This document shows positions 7,491 through 16,668 of a stretch of DNA of 31,970 nt, one piece after another. Origin of the DNA: a virus. The notes under the pieces are model-generated. The model saw only the letters and a list, made by a program, of their open reading frames with translations. It made no database searches and had not been told where the DNA came from. The position numbers and the translations under genes are program-made. The stretch is from positions 1 through 31,970 of the IMG/VR virus record IMGVR_UViG_3300045988_119157; one strand, written 5' to 3'. The stretch's first letter is position 1. Each line of letters opens with the position of its first letter.

Positions 7491-7949
7491 GTGAAACGCA
7501 TGAAGGCAAAGGAGTATTTCGAGGGAATCCGCGCCGAGGTGGTGAAGACCGAACAGGCGCGGGAAATGCTGGAGTGCATGAGGGCTAAGGAGGGCGCGAA
7601 GGCGCAGAGCTACCAGCCTTCGGGCGGCGGTGGATTCTGCACAGACGCTTCACTCGCCATCATCCAGCGCATCGACTTTGAGAAGCGGTTGGAACAACGC
7701 ATCACCGACGCTCGGAAGCAGATAGACGAAGCTTGCGAGGTGTTATACGGTATCGACGGGCGCGGCGGTCTGGCGAAGCTCAAAGGTGCAAGATACGCTG
7801 ATGCCATCTGCATGGGCTATCTCCAAGCGCAGTCGTGGACTGAGATTGCAGAGATCATGCAAAGCTCTGTGCGGTGGTGCCATTCTCTTTGTGATACCGG
7901 GTTTGCTTACATTGATCGGGTCGGATTCGCATTTGTTAAAAACGCCTGA
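7491..7949 (+). CDS. Putative late-gene transcriptional regulator with a sigma70 region-4-like HTH
   Basis: The C-terminus (ICMGYLQAQSWTEIAEIMQSSVRWCHSL) resembles a sigma-70 region 4 / ArpU-RinA-type HTH. It lies immediately upstream of the packaging module. The start may be the GTG at 7491 or the ATG at 7500. Confidence 0.4.
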   Translation: MKRMKAKEYFEGIRAEVVKTEQAREMLECMRAKEGAKAQSYQPSGGGGFCTDASLAIIQRIDFEKRLEQRITDARKQIDEACEVLYGIDGRGGLAKLKGARYADAICMGYLQAQSWTEIAEIMQSSVRWCHSLCDTGFAYIDRVGFAFVKNA

Positions 7950-8047
7950 TAGGTTCTTTTCAGATTATTCATTCTGTCTTCCCCTATCATTCTTGTTCAC
8001 ACGGCATCATTCGTTGTGCTAAGATTCGATATGGTGAATTGTCATGA

Positions 8048-8088
8048 AAGGCCGTGCGGGGGAACCTGCGCGGCCTTCCTCATATCTG
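8048..8088 (+). terminator. Putative intrinsic terminator
   Basis: A GC-rich stem AAGGCCGTGCGGG / CCTGCGCGGCCTT with a GGAA loop is followed by TTCCTCATAT. Confidence 0.4.
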
Positions 8089-8154
8089 GACATATCAGAA
8101 CTTCGATATAGGAGTCATAAATTCAGATATAGAGTCTGACATTCCGATATACGC

Positions 8155-8242
8155 GGAGAGTTGGCAGAGCGGCTTAATGTATCCGGTTGCTAACCGGACG
8201 ATGCGCAGGCATCCGCAGGTTCGAATCCTGTGCTCTCCGCCA
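8155..8242 (+). tRNA. tRNA-Ser (anticodon GCT), type II tRNA with a long variable arm, phage-encoded
   Basis: A manual cloverleaf fits. Acceptor GGAGAGT pairs with GCTCTCC. D-loop GAGCGGCTTAA. Anticodon stem TCCGG/CCGGA with loop TTGCTAA. A 16-nt variable arm has a 5-bp stem. T-arm GCAGG-TTCGAAT-CCTGT. The discriminator is G and CCA is encoded. The sequence closely parallels E. coli tRNA-Ser. Confidence 0.85.
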
Positions 8243-8262
8243 TTTGACACAAGGGAGGCGCG

Positions 8263-8577
8263 ATGGCTAAGGACTTCAGTCGCGCCTTCTACCACAGCAC
8301 GGAATGGGAGCGGGCGCGTGACGTTGCGCTCACCAGAGACGCGCACCTATGCCAACACTGCCTGAAGCGCGGTGACATCACCCCGGCGGTCATGGTGCAT
8401 CACATCGTGGAGCTAAGCCCTTCGAACGTGAACGACCCTGACATTGCGACTAACCCTGATAACCTCGTGAGCCTGTGCGACCGATGCCACAAGCAAGTGC
8501 ATGGGTGGATCAGGCAGGGCGCGACACGTCAGGGCTTCGGCTTTGACAGTGACGGCAATCTTGTGCCGCTCGATTAG
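8263..8577 (+). CDS. HNH endonuclease (packaging-associated)
   Basis: A CxxC zinc finger is combined with the HNH motif (HHIVEL...NPDNLVSLCDRCHKQVH). The RBS is GGGAGG. The gene sits immediately upstream of the terminase genes. Confidence 0.85.
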   Translation: MAKDFSRAFYHSTEWERARDVALTRDAHLCQHCLKRGDITPAVMVHHIVELSPSNVNDPDIATNPDNLVSLCDRCHKQVHGWIRQGATRQGFGFDSDGNLVPLD

Positions 8578-8752
8578 CGGCACACAAACACAGCACAACG
8601 CAGACCAAGCGCAAAAGCGGGACACAAAACCGCAGCTAGACACGGCGGAATATCCCCCCATCCCAAAAACACAGGGTGGGTGGCAGGGGACCAACGCCGG
8701 GAGATAGTTTTATGCGCGTGGAAGGTTTTCGAAAGGGGGTGGTCTTGCGCTT

Positions 8753-9169
8753 ATGGCAAAAGTTGGTAATACTTCGGAGGTTTCCGCAAAAGTTGCAGCG
8801 AACAGCCCGCCGAGAGCGCCGAGGTCGAAGCAATCACGTATCGATAGCGAGCTTAAGAAGCTCCGCGAATTGACCAAGGACGCGATTCCCGATGAGAAGC
8901 GCAAGGCGATCATGCCCTTGCTCCCGAACCTCGCTTTCATGAAGGTCAAGCTCGATGATGCACGCGCCGACCTGTTGTATGAGGATATTTTCACCGAGTA
9001 CGACAACGGTGGCGGCCAATCCGGCTTGCGTGAGCATCCGGGATTCTCCGCATACAACAAGCTGTTCACGACCTTCAGCAGATCGGTCAAGCAGCTTGCA
9101 GACATGATGCCCAACGGAACCGCCGCCGCCGACGCGCTGATAGACTTCATCAATGAGACGAGGTGTTAG
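8753..9169 (+). CDS. Terminase small subunit (P27-like)
   Basis: The assignment rests on position between HNH and TerL, size (138 aa) and a P27-family-like sequence pattern. Confidence 0.55.
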   Translation: MAKVGNTSEVSAKVAANSPPRAPRSKQSRIDSELKKLRELTKDAIPDEKRKAIMPLLPNLAFMKVKLDDARADLLYEDIFTEYDNGGGQSGLREHPGFSAYNKLFTTFSRSVKQLADMMPNGTAAADALIDFINETRC

Positions 9170-10889
9170 GCGTTACAAGGGTGCCGACGGGTCGTGCGAA
9201 CGCGCGATCAGGGAGTATTTCGGCGGAATACTCGGCGGCGATATAACCGCCTGCGCCAAGATGCGCAAAGTTGCCGCGCACATCCTGCGCGACATGGACA
9301 ACACCGACCCGCTTTACCCTTACCACTTCCGAGAGGAATACGCGCAGAAGCACGTTCAGTTCATCGAGCGATTCTGCCGTCTGCCGTCTGGACGCTTGGG
9401 TCACGATTTCGAGCTTGAGCTTTTCCAGCGGGCGATCCTCTCGGTTGTCTTCGGGTTCGTTGACGCCGACGGCACGCGCCAGTACCGCGAGGTGCTTTGG
9501 ATCATGGGGCGCAAGAACGGCAAGACTGCTTTGGCATCGGCCATCGAGCTTGACCTTCTCATCAACGACGATGAGGGCGCACCGGAGGTCTACAACGTCG
9601 CTACCGCGCACGATCAGGCGGCGAAGGGCTTCAACAACGCTTGGCGTATGGTCATGACGAGTCCCGCGCTCTCGCGCCATGTGCGAAAACGCGTGTCCGA
9701 CCTTTATTGTGACCTGAACATGGGGAGCATCAAGGCGCTTAGCGCGAACACGAACCACCTGGACGGCCTCGACATCTCGGGCGCGATTGTGGACGAGCTT
9801 GCGGCCATGAAGAACCGCGACCTCTACGACCTGACGATTCAGGGCACGTCGGCGCGCCGACAGCCGCTGGTTTTGGAGATCACCACAAACGGATTCGTCC
9901 GAAACGGCATCTTCGACGCCCAGTACGAGTACGCCTGCAAATGGCTCGACGGCCAAGCGACGGGTGACAAGGCAGAGCGATTCATCGCCTTCATCTTCGA
10001 GCTTGACGAGCGCGAGGAATGGCAGGACGAGAACTGCTGGATTAAGGCGAATCCGGGCTTGGGAACCATCAAGTCGCTCGCCGCCCTGCGTCAGAACGTC
10101 TCGAAGGCCAAAGATGACCCGACTTTCCTGCCGACCCTGCTTGTAAAGGACTTCAACCTCATCGAGAACCAGAGCCAAGCTTGGCTCACGTGGGACGAGA
10201 TACACAACGATGCGACGTTCGACCCGAGTGACGGCACATTCACTTACGCCGTGCTGGGCGTCGATGCTGCTGACACAACCGACCTGACGGCGGCGTGTTT
10301 GCTCATGCAGCGACCCGGTGACCCGAACATCTACGCGATGCACATGGCGTGGATTCCCCAGCGAGCCTTGGAGCAGGCCGAGCGAGAGGGTCGGCGAGGC
10401 GGGCGCGATGGAGTCCCATACGATGCGTGGATCGCGCGAGGACTCATGAGGACGTGCGACACTCCGATCATGGACAAGCGCGACGTGCTCGACTGGGTTG
10501 CCGAGGTCCAGAGCGAATACGGCATCTACGCCGTGGCGTGCGGCTACGACCCGTGGCACATGCGCGACGTGCCGACGCAGGAAGCCTATGAGGATTACTT
10601 CGGCGCGGACAACCTGCAGAAGATCATCCAGGGCGCTCAGACTTTGAGTATGCCGATGAAGGAGCTTCGCGCCCTCTATAAGGAGGGGCGGATTGTCGAT
10701 AACGGAAACCCCATCGCTGAGTGGTGCCGCTCGAACGTCGCGATCCGCACCGACGTGAACGGCAACATCCAGCCGGACAAGAAGAACCAAGACCCGCGCA
10801 ACCGAATAGACGCTTGGGCGGCCGAATGCGACGCGTTCATTGCGATGAAGAATATTGCCGATGACTACGCGGCGATGATTGGAGGTTAA
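9153..10889 (+). CDS. Terminase large subunit
   Basis: A Walker A-like motif (GRKNGKT) is present. The Terminase_1-type ATPase plus nuclease architecture fits. The gene is 578 aa and sits upstream of the portal gene. Confidence 0.9.
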   Translation: MRRGVRRYKGADGSCERAIREYFGGILGGDITACAKMRKVAAHILRDMDNTDPLYPYHFREEYAQKHVQFIERFCRLPSGRLGHDFELELFQRAILSVVFGFVDADGTRQYREVLWIMGRKNGKTALASAIELDLLINDDEGAPEVYNVATAHDQAAKGFNNAWRMVMTSPALSRHVRKRVSDLYCDLNMGSIKALSANTNHLDGLDISGAIVDELAAMKNRDLYDLTIQGTSARRQPLVLEITTNGFVRNGIFDAQYEYACKWLDGQATGDKAERFIAFIFELDEREEWQDENCWIKANPGLGTIKSLAALRQNVSKAKDDPTFLPTLLVKDFNLIENQSQAWLTWDEIHNDATFDPSDGTFTYAVLGVDAADTTDLTAACLLMQRPGDPNIYAMHMAWIPQRALEQAEREGRRGGRDGVPYDAWIARGLMRTCDTPIMDKRDVLDWVAEVQSEYGIYAVACGYDPWHMRDVPTQEAYEDYFGADNLQKIIQGAQTLSMPMKELRALYKEGRIVDNGNPIAEWCRSNVAIRTDVNGNIQPDKKNQDPRNRIDAWAAECDAFIAMKNIADDYAAMIGG

Positions 10890-12161
10890 ATGGCAAGTAC
10901 ACGACCGGTGATGCGCTCGCTGTTCGATGCCGTCTTTCATCGACCGCAGATGCAGGCGGTCAACGGGTATTTCGAAACTTTCACCGCATACGCACCGAGC
11001 TTTAGTACGTGGCAGGGCGGCTTGTATGAGGCCGAGCTGACGCGCAGCATCATCGAGAGCGGTGCCGACCATGCGAGCAAGCTCAAGCCGGAGATCTCCG
11101 GGAGCGCACAGCAGAATGCGGCGCGCGCGCTTCGCCACGCGCCAAACCCCTGGATGACAACGCCTCAGTTCATAAAGCGCGTCTGGACGATGCTTCAGGT
11201 CAACGACACGGCGCTCATCGTGCCGCTCGGCGATGGCGATGAGGTCACAGGTTACTACCCGGTCCTCCCATCGCAATGCGAGGCATACGATGTCGGTGGC
11301 GAGCTTTGGCTTAACCTACGTTTCCCCACGGGTGACACGGTGCTTGTCGAGTGGTCGCGCGTCGGCGTCATGACGAGGCATCAGTACCAGTCCGACCTGT
11401 TCGGCGATGGGACGAACGTGCTTCAGCCGACGCTTGAGTTGATGCACGCACAGGCAGAGGCGGAGCAGACGGCCATCAGGCAGGGTGCCGCAGTGCGCTT
11501 CATCGGCAAGCTCAGCCAGAACCGCAATGAGATTGACTCTGAAGCGGCACGGAAGAGATTCAACTCCCAGCTCTCAGTTGACAACGCTGGCGGCATCGCG
11601 GTCTACGACAAGCTGTTCAGCGAAGTGCAGCAGATCACGCCGACGAGCTACACGGTCGATGCTGCGCAGATGGAGCGCATCGAGAAGAGCGCCTATCGCT
11701 TCTTCGGAAGCAATGAGGACATCGTGATGAATCGGGCCGACGAGGACACGTTCAACTCGTATTACGAGGGGCGCATCGAGCCTTTTGCGGTTCAACTCGG
11801 ATTCGTCATGACCGCGATGACGTTCACGCCGAACGAGATTGCCCACGGCAACGAAATCATGTTCAGCGCGAACCGGTTGGAGTTCGCGAGCAACACGACC
11901 AAACTGAATGTTTCCGTCGCGCTCTTCGACCGTGGTATCTGGTGCGGCAACCAGGTCGCTGACGTCTTCCAATCAGCCCATTACGAAGGCGGAGAGCGCC
12001 ACGTGATCCGTGGCGAGTACATCGACCTGGCCCTCATCAGCGAGCATACGGTCGAGCAGGCCGCTGACGCGGCTGCTAAGAACGCGAACATATCCGTAAT
12101 CGAGTCAAATGAATCCGCGTCGGCATACAAGGAGGATGATGATGCCAGCGAAGCCCAATGA
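10890..12161 (+). CDS. Portal protein (HK97-like)
   Basis: The assignment rests on the 423-aa size, position directly after TerL and translational coupling (TAAATG). Confidence 0.75.
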   Translation: MASTRPVMRSLFDAVFHRPQMQAVNGYFETFTAYAPSFSTWQGGLYEAELTRSIIESGADHASKLKPEISGSAQQNAARALRHAPNPWMTTPQFIKRVWTMLQVNDTALIVPLGDGDEVTGYYPVLPSQCEAYDVGGELWLNLRFPTGDTVLVEWSRVGVMTRHQYQSDLFGDGTNVLQPTLELMHAQAEAEQTAIRQGAAVRFIGKLSQNRNEIDSEAARKRFNSQLSVDNAGGIAVYDKLFSEVQQITPTSYTVDAAQMERIEKSAYRFFGSNEDIVMNRADEDTFNSYYEGRIEPFAVQLGFVMTAMTFTPNEIAHGNEIMFSANRLEFASNTTKLNVSVALFDRGIWCGNQVADVFQSAHYEGGERHVIRGEYIDLALISEHTVEQAADAAAKNANISVIESNESASAYKEDDDASEAQ

Positions 12162-12783
12162 GCGACAGTACCGCTCTCTGTCCGTGCCGCTGATCGCCCG
12201 CGTCGCGCAGGACGGCGGTGGCAAAGAGAAGCGCATCGACAGCGATTACTACGTCGAGGGGTATGCTTCGACGTTCGATGACCCCTATGTGCTATTCGAG
12301 GACTACAACGGGGTCAAATACACGGAGGTCATCAGTCCATACGCTTTCCGCGATGCCGACATGTCAGATGTCATCATGCAGTTCGACCACTCGGGCAAGG
12401 TCTTCGCGCGAATCAGCAACGGAACGCTCATCGTTGAGCCGGATGAGCATGGGCTTTTCATCGCGGCCGACCTTTCGCGGTCTCAAGCGGCTCGCGACCT
12501 CTATGAAGAGATTCAATCTGGACTCATCACGCGCATGTCGTGGGCTTTCACCGTCGCTGCGGACGAGTACGACCGCGACACCCATACCACGACGATCACG
12601 CGCGTTAAGAAGGTTTTCGACGTGTCGGCAGTCAGCTTGCCCGCTGACCCGAACACGGAGATCTCAGCAAGGAATCTGCTCGACGGAGAGATTGAGCAGT
12701 CGCGCAAGGAGCTTGCGCGTCGTAATCGCGCCCTCGCTATCGCGCGGGCAACATTGGCAATCGCCAAGAGCAGAAAGGTTTAG
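12136..12783 (+). CDS. Prohead protease (HK97 / S78 family)
   Basis: The AAGGAGG RBS precedes ATGATGATG. The C-terminal SAVSLPADPNT motif is typical of HK97-type prohead proteases. Confidence 0.75.
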   Translation: MMMPAKPNERQYRSLSVPLIARVAQDGGGKEKRIDSDYYVEGYASTFDDPYVLFEDYNGVKYTEVISPYAFRDADMSDVIMQFDHSGKVFARISNGTLIVEPDEHGLFIAADLSRSQAARDLYEEIQSGLITRMSWAFTVAADEYDRDTHTTTITRVKKVFDVSAVSLPADPNTEISARNLLDGEIEQSRKELARRNRALAIARATLAIAKSRKV

Positions 12784-12786
12784 AAA

Positions 12787-14043
12787 ATGGACGAGATGTT
12801 GAAAGAGCTTCAGGCGCTTATCGACAAGTACAAGGACGGCACGCCCAAGGGCGTGAGCGACGAGCAGGCCGAGAAGGACGCCGAGCGCATGTCCCAGCTC
12901 ACCGCCGAGATCGAGAAGCGCACCGCAGCCGACGCCGCCGCACGCGAGTCCCGCGCCGCCCGCATCGCCGCTGCGCGTTCCGCCATCGACAACGGCACGG
13001 CGCATCAGGTCGGCTCCCTCCCGCTTTCGGGTGGTGCCAACGCCCGCTCCGCCGTGTACGACGTGACGGATTATTCCGCCGCCGAGACCCGAGGTTTCCT
13101 GAAGAACCTCGCCACCAGCGCCGGTGTGCGCCTCGTTGAGGGCAACGACCTCAACGACGTCGAGCGAACCGCGCTCACCGCAATGGAGCAGCGTGCCGCG
13201 TTCACCGTAACCACCAGCAACACTGATAAGGTTGTCCCCGTCGAGCTTAAGAACGAGATCATTTCTCTCATCGACAATTCCACGGCGCTCTTCAGCGACG
13301 TGACCCGCGACACCATCCCCGGTCAATACGAGCTTGTCCGCCACAAGTCCATCACCAAGGGAGATGCCGCCAAGACCGCCGAGGGTGCAGCGCCCACCGA
13401 CGAAGAGCAGAACGTTTTTGATCGCATCACCCTTACGGGCGATGAGATCAAGAAGACCGTCAAGCTCTCCCGCAAGATGATGGTTCAGAGCCTCGATAGC
13501 TTCCGTACCTACATCAACCGCGAGGTCAGTGCACGTTGCGGCGTCGCTGGTGACAAGATCGTTCTTGCCAAGCTCGTTGACTCCACGCTCGGCATGGCTG
13601 CTGGAAACAAGATCAACGTGGCTAAGGCCGGAACGCTCACCAAGGCCGACGTGATGAAGGCTCTCAGCTTGCTCAAGACTTACGGCAACCCCGCCGCGAA
13701 GGGCGTTCGCATCTACGCGAACCAGAGCACCATCTGGAATCAGATCGCGGCAATTGAGGATGCGACGAAGCGCTCTTACTTCATTGATGAGCGCGACGAT
13801 GACCCGACCGTGAAGGGCCGCATCTTCGGCAGCATCGTGAAGCTTGAGGACAATCTTGAGGATGGCGTCATCATGCTCGGTTATCCCGATCTCTTCCGCT
13901 CCAACCTGTTTGACGGCCCTGTTGTCGAGGCTGTCACGCTCCCCGACGGCAGCTGGAACACCGCGATCAACGGTTACATGCTCTATGACGGCGGTCTCGC
14001 CGTGCCCGAGAGCTTCGTACAGCTCACCGTCGGCACTGCCTAG
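12787..14043 (+). CDS. Major capsid protein (HK97 fold) with an N-terminal delta/scaffold coiled-coil
   Basis: The gene is 418 aa and sits after the protease. The N-terminal roughly 100 aa are charged coiled-coil. Position and size are canonical. Confidence 0.75.
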   Translation: MDEMLKELQALIDKYKDGTPKGVSDEQAEKDAERMSQLTAEIEKRTAADAAARESRAARIAAARSAIDNGTAHQVGSLPLSGGANARSAVYDVTDYSAAETRGFLKNLATSAGVRLVEGNDLNDVERTALTAMEQRAAFTVTTSNTDKVVPVELKNEIISLIDNSTALFSDVTRDTIPGQYELVRHKSITKGDAAKTAEGAAPTDEEQNVFDRITLTGDEIKKTVKLSRKMMVQSLDSFRTYINREVSARCGVAGDKIVLAKLVDSTLGMAAGNKINVAKAGTLTKADVMKALSLLKTYGNPAAKGVRIYANQSTIWNQIAAIEDATKRSYFIDERDDDPTVKGRIFGSIVKLEDNLEDGVIMLGYPDLFRSNLFDGPVVEAVTLPDGSWNTAINGYMLYDGGLAVPESFVQLTVGTA

Positions 14044-14056
14044 GATGTGATCGGTT

Positions 14057-14356
14057 ATGGCGGAGAAAGAGCAGATGCTTGACGCATGCCGTGACGCGCT
14101 GAGGATCCCCGCCGATGTCACCGACTACGACGATGAGATTGCAGACCTCATCGACGCCGCCCGCGCCGCGATGCGTGCGGGCGGCGTGTCCGTCGACAAG
14201 TCTCAGGACGATTCAGACGGCACCGTGCGTCTCGCCATCAAGGTCTTCTGTAAGGCTAATTTCGGCATGGACAACCCCGACGCCGATAGGTACATGCATA
14301 CCTTTGAAGAGCTTGTGACCCTTATGCATGGCACGTCGGCATACGGGGGTGCCTGA
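14057..14356 (+). CDS. Head-tail connector (gp6-like / Phage_connect)
   Basis: The N-terminus (LDACRDALRIPADVTDYDDEIADLIDAARAAMR) matches the gp6-like connector pattern. Confidence 0.6.
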   Translation: MAEKEQMLDACRDALRIPADVTDYDDEIADLIDAARAAMRAGGVSVDKSQDDSDGTVRLAIKVFCKANFGMDNPDADRYMHTFEELVTLMHGTSAYGGA

Positions 14357-14667
14357 TGAGCATGTGGGCGGCAAGCTGCATCTTGATCTCGCAGCGCATA
14401 AAGCGCGATGAGTTTGGCGTCGAAACGGCTAGAGAGACATCGCGCAAGGTCGCGTGCAACGTGTTCAGCGTGAGCGACGCCGCGTATTACGCCGCCGCGA
14501 CGGTCGGCATCCATCCAGAGGCCGTCTTGCAGCTTCGCAAGGCGGCCTATCAGGGTGAGCGGCTTGTCGAATTTGAGGGTCGCAGACTCAGCGTTGAACG
14601 CGTTGACCGCTCAAGCGCCGATTTCGTGCGGCTCACGCTCTCGGAGGCGGTCGGTGACCGTGGCTGA
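14356..14667 (+). CDS. Head closure / head-tail adaptor protein
   Basis: The assignment rests on position, size and ATGA coupling. Confidence 0.45.
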   Translation: MSMWAASCILISQRIKRDEFGVETARETSRKVACNVFSVSDAAYYAAATVGIHPEAVLQLRKAAYQGERLVEFEGRRLSVERVDRSSADFVRLTLSEAVGDRG

Positions 14668-14668
14668 G

Positions 14669-15031
14669 ATGGACATCGAACGATTCATCGCGAGCTGCTT
14701 CAGAGAGTGCGTCGAGGACAACGCAGCCGCCGTTGAGAAGAACGCGGCTCAGGCTGGCAAGCGCGCCGTTAAGCTGCTCAAGCAGAAGAGCAGGCAGCGC
14801 ACGGGAGCCTACAAGAAAGGCTGGAAAGCAACCATCGAGACTGATGAGACCGGAACGGTATGCACGGTGCACAACAGGGTCTATCAGCTCACGCACCTGC
14901 TTGAGAACGGCCACAAGGTCAAGAACCAGACGGGCAAGGTGTACGGCGACGTGCCCGGTGACGGAGTTATCCGCGAGGTCGCCGATCAGGTTGCAATGGA
15001 GTTCGCGCAGATGGGCGGTGACGGAGATTGA
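14669..15031 (+). CDS. HK97 gp10-family neck/tail component
   Basis: The motifs GAYKKGWK and QLTHLLENGHK are family hallmarks. Confidence 0.65.
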   Translation: MDIERFIASCFRECVEDNAAAVEKNAAQAGKRAVKLLKQKSRQRTGAYKKGWKATIETDETGTVCTVHNRVYQLTHLLENGHKVKNQTGKVYGDVPGDGVIREVADQVAMEFAQMGGDGD

Positions 15032-15354
15032 TTAAGCTGAGGGATCTGTGCGCGGTGCTCGATTCCATCGGCATCCCGTGGTCCAACCAGTCATTCACGG
15101 GCAATGACGAACCTGCGCCGCCCTATATCGTCCTGGTTGCGGGCTACGGCGAGTCGGTCTATGCGGACAACCGTGTCTATGCGTCGTGGACGTCATACGA
15201 CATCGCGCTATACACGCGCCGACGCGACTACGCACTGGAACGGAAGATAAAGGATGCGCTCGATGCCGCCGACTGCTCTTACACGCTCGCGGTGACGAGC
15301 ATCGAGTCTGAGAAATTGGTCGAAACCGCGTTCAGCGTGGACGTGGAAGAGTAG
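15028..15354 (+). CDS. Tail terminator / tail completion protein (putative)
   Basis: The assignment rests on position before the major tail gene and ATGA coupling. Confidence 0.4.
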   Translation: MIKLRDLCAVLDSIGIPWSNQSFTGNDEPAPPYIVLVAGYGESVYADNRVYASWTSYDIALYTRRRDYALERKIKDALDAADCSYTLAVTSIESEKLVETAFSVDVEE

Positions 15355-15366
15355 AAAGGAAACGCC

Positions 15367-15978
15367 ATGCCTAAAAATGGCTACTTCGGTGTCAAGAACT
15401 CGCATTTCGCGATCTGCACCGACGAGGAAAAGCTCACCTATAACAAGCCGGTGCATGTCCCCGGCACGGTCAGCATCAGCATGGAGCCGTCCGTTGAGAG
15501 CGCCACCAGCTATGCTGACAACGAGACTTGGCTTGACAAGACTCAGGACAATGGCGGCAGCGGCACCATGTCGTTCTTCGATGTCGAGAGCACCCAGGAG
15601 CTTCGCCGACTGCTCGCCGACTTGACCGGATATATGGTCACCAAAGATGGCCGCATGAGCCTGACCGCGAACAAGAAGCCTAAGAAGTTCGCCTTCATGT
15701 GCGAGCAGCCAGGTCACGTCATGGGAAAGCGCCGCTGCCTGCTCATGTGCGAGATGAGCAAGCCGAAGAACGAGGCGAACACCAATCAGGACTCCCCCGA
15801 GATCACTGCCCTTGAGTTCCCGTTCACATGGCGCCCGGTCAGCCTCCCCACCGGAGACGAGGACACCAAGCGCACGAGCGGATACGACTCGTATTCCGGC
15901 CTGTCCGATTACGCCACGTTCTTCGATGCGGTCAAGATCGATGGTCTTTCCGAGGTCGAAGTCGTTGAGGAGCCTTAA
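15367..15978 (+). CDS. Major tail protein
   Basis: The gene is 203 aa. Its position and a TP901-1/phi13-like pattern support the assignment. Confidence 0.55.
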   Translation: MPKNGYFGVKNSHFAICTDEEKLTYNKPVHVPGTVSISMEPSVESATSYADNETWLDKTQDNGGSGTMSFFDVESTQELRRLLADLTGYMVTKDGRMSLTANKKPKKFAFMCEQPGHVMGKRRCLLMCEMSKPKNEANTNQDSPEITALEFPFTWRPVSLPTGDEDTKRTSGYDSYSGLSDYATFFDAVKIDGLSEVEVVEEP

Positions 15979-16385
15979 TGGACATTCGTATCGGAGAAGA
16001 GACATACAAGGCCGAGTTCAACGGGTTCACGCCAATCGCATACTCCCAGGCGTTTTACGAATTGAGCGAGAGCGGGCGAAAGCAGCCGTCTGACATTGCC
16101 GACGCTGTGTCTCAGATCGCAACCTCGCTCACGACCTATGAGGTTCCCGCCATCGTCCCCCTGCTCAAGATCCTCTATGCGTGCATCAAGACGGCAGACC
16201 CGAAGTTCCCAAAATCGTTCAACGATTTCGCATCTTCCCTTCCGGTGGGCGCTTACGACCTTCGCTGCGAGGAAGGTTGGGCAACCGACGTGATGCGCAT
16301 AGTAGAGGAAAACTTTTTTCCTGAGACCGGAGATGGCGTGGACTCCGCACCAGCCGAAGAGGCGGATGCCGAGCCTTCCAAGTAA
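15978..16385 (+). CDS. Tail assembly chaperone (G-like)
   Basis: The product is acidic and 135 aa. It lies directly upstream of the tape-measure gene. A slippery TTTTTTC run lies near its 3' end. Confidence 0.55.
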   Translation: MDIRIGEETYKAEFNGFTPIAYSQAFYELSESGRKQPSDIADAVSQIATSLTTYEVPAIVPLLKILYACIKTADPKFPKSFNDFASSLPVGAYDLRCEEGWATDVMRIVEENFFPETGDGVDSAPAEEADAEPSK

Positions 16386-16578
16386 CCTCGCATCAGCTTG
16401 CGATGCGAGATACATCTACAACTGCCAGCAATGCGGGCTGAGCATTTCAGACCTGCAAGTGCTGAGCTACACGCAAGTCCAAGACGTTCTCGAACTCAAC
16501 GCGTTCTATGCCGATGCGGCTGAGAACTACGAAGACGATGAGAAGGCGCGTGCCGCCGAATCCCAGTTCTGGTCTTGA
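16306..16578 (+). CDS. Tail chaperone frameshift extension (GT-like). Frame +1 is open from 16306 and an internal ATG lies at 16333.
   Basis: An overlapping ORF in the +1 frame ends just upstream of the tape-measure gene. The -1 frame terminates immediately at TGA 16322-16324. Confidence 0.4.
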   Translation, partial: RKTFFLRPEMAWTPHQPKRRMPSLPSNLASACDARYIYNCQQCGLSISDLQVLSYTQVQDVLELNAFYADAAENYEDDEKARAAESQFWS

Positions 16579-16668
16579 CGATACGCGAGCGTTTGACGGC
16601 AGCGCACCCGAGAGGGCGCGTTGCTTCAAGCGTTCATGGTCTTTGACAATCGAAGAAGGTGATGTGAC

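Noticed and set aside
8140-8155. Promoter -10 (TATACG/GATATA) directly abutting the tRNA
   Set aside because: The predicted start site would fall inside the mature tRNA. The GATATA repeats are reported only as an unexplained motif.
8054-8365. ORFs 8054-8365 (+) and 8095-8346 (-)
   Set aside because: They overlap the tRNA-Ser gene and its flanks. A tRNA cloverleaf explains the sequence.
9150-11276. 708-aa ORF on the minus strand, plus other long minus-strand ORFs across the structural module (12664-14121, 15208-16005, 18058-19221, 17727-18578, 21022-21714)
   Set aside because: These are antisense shadow ORFs typical of high-GC DNA. They fully overlap well-supported + strand terminase, capsid, tape-measure and tail genes. 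They show no RBS or start context and have Arg/Ala-rich low-complexity translations.
16313-16324. Canonical -1 frameshift for the tail chaperone
   Set aside because: The -1 frame reaches a TGA stop at 16322-16324 immediately after the slippery run, so it cannot yield an extended GT-like product. Only the +1 frame is open.
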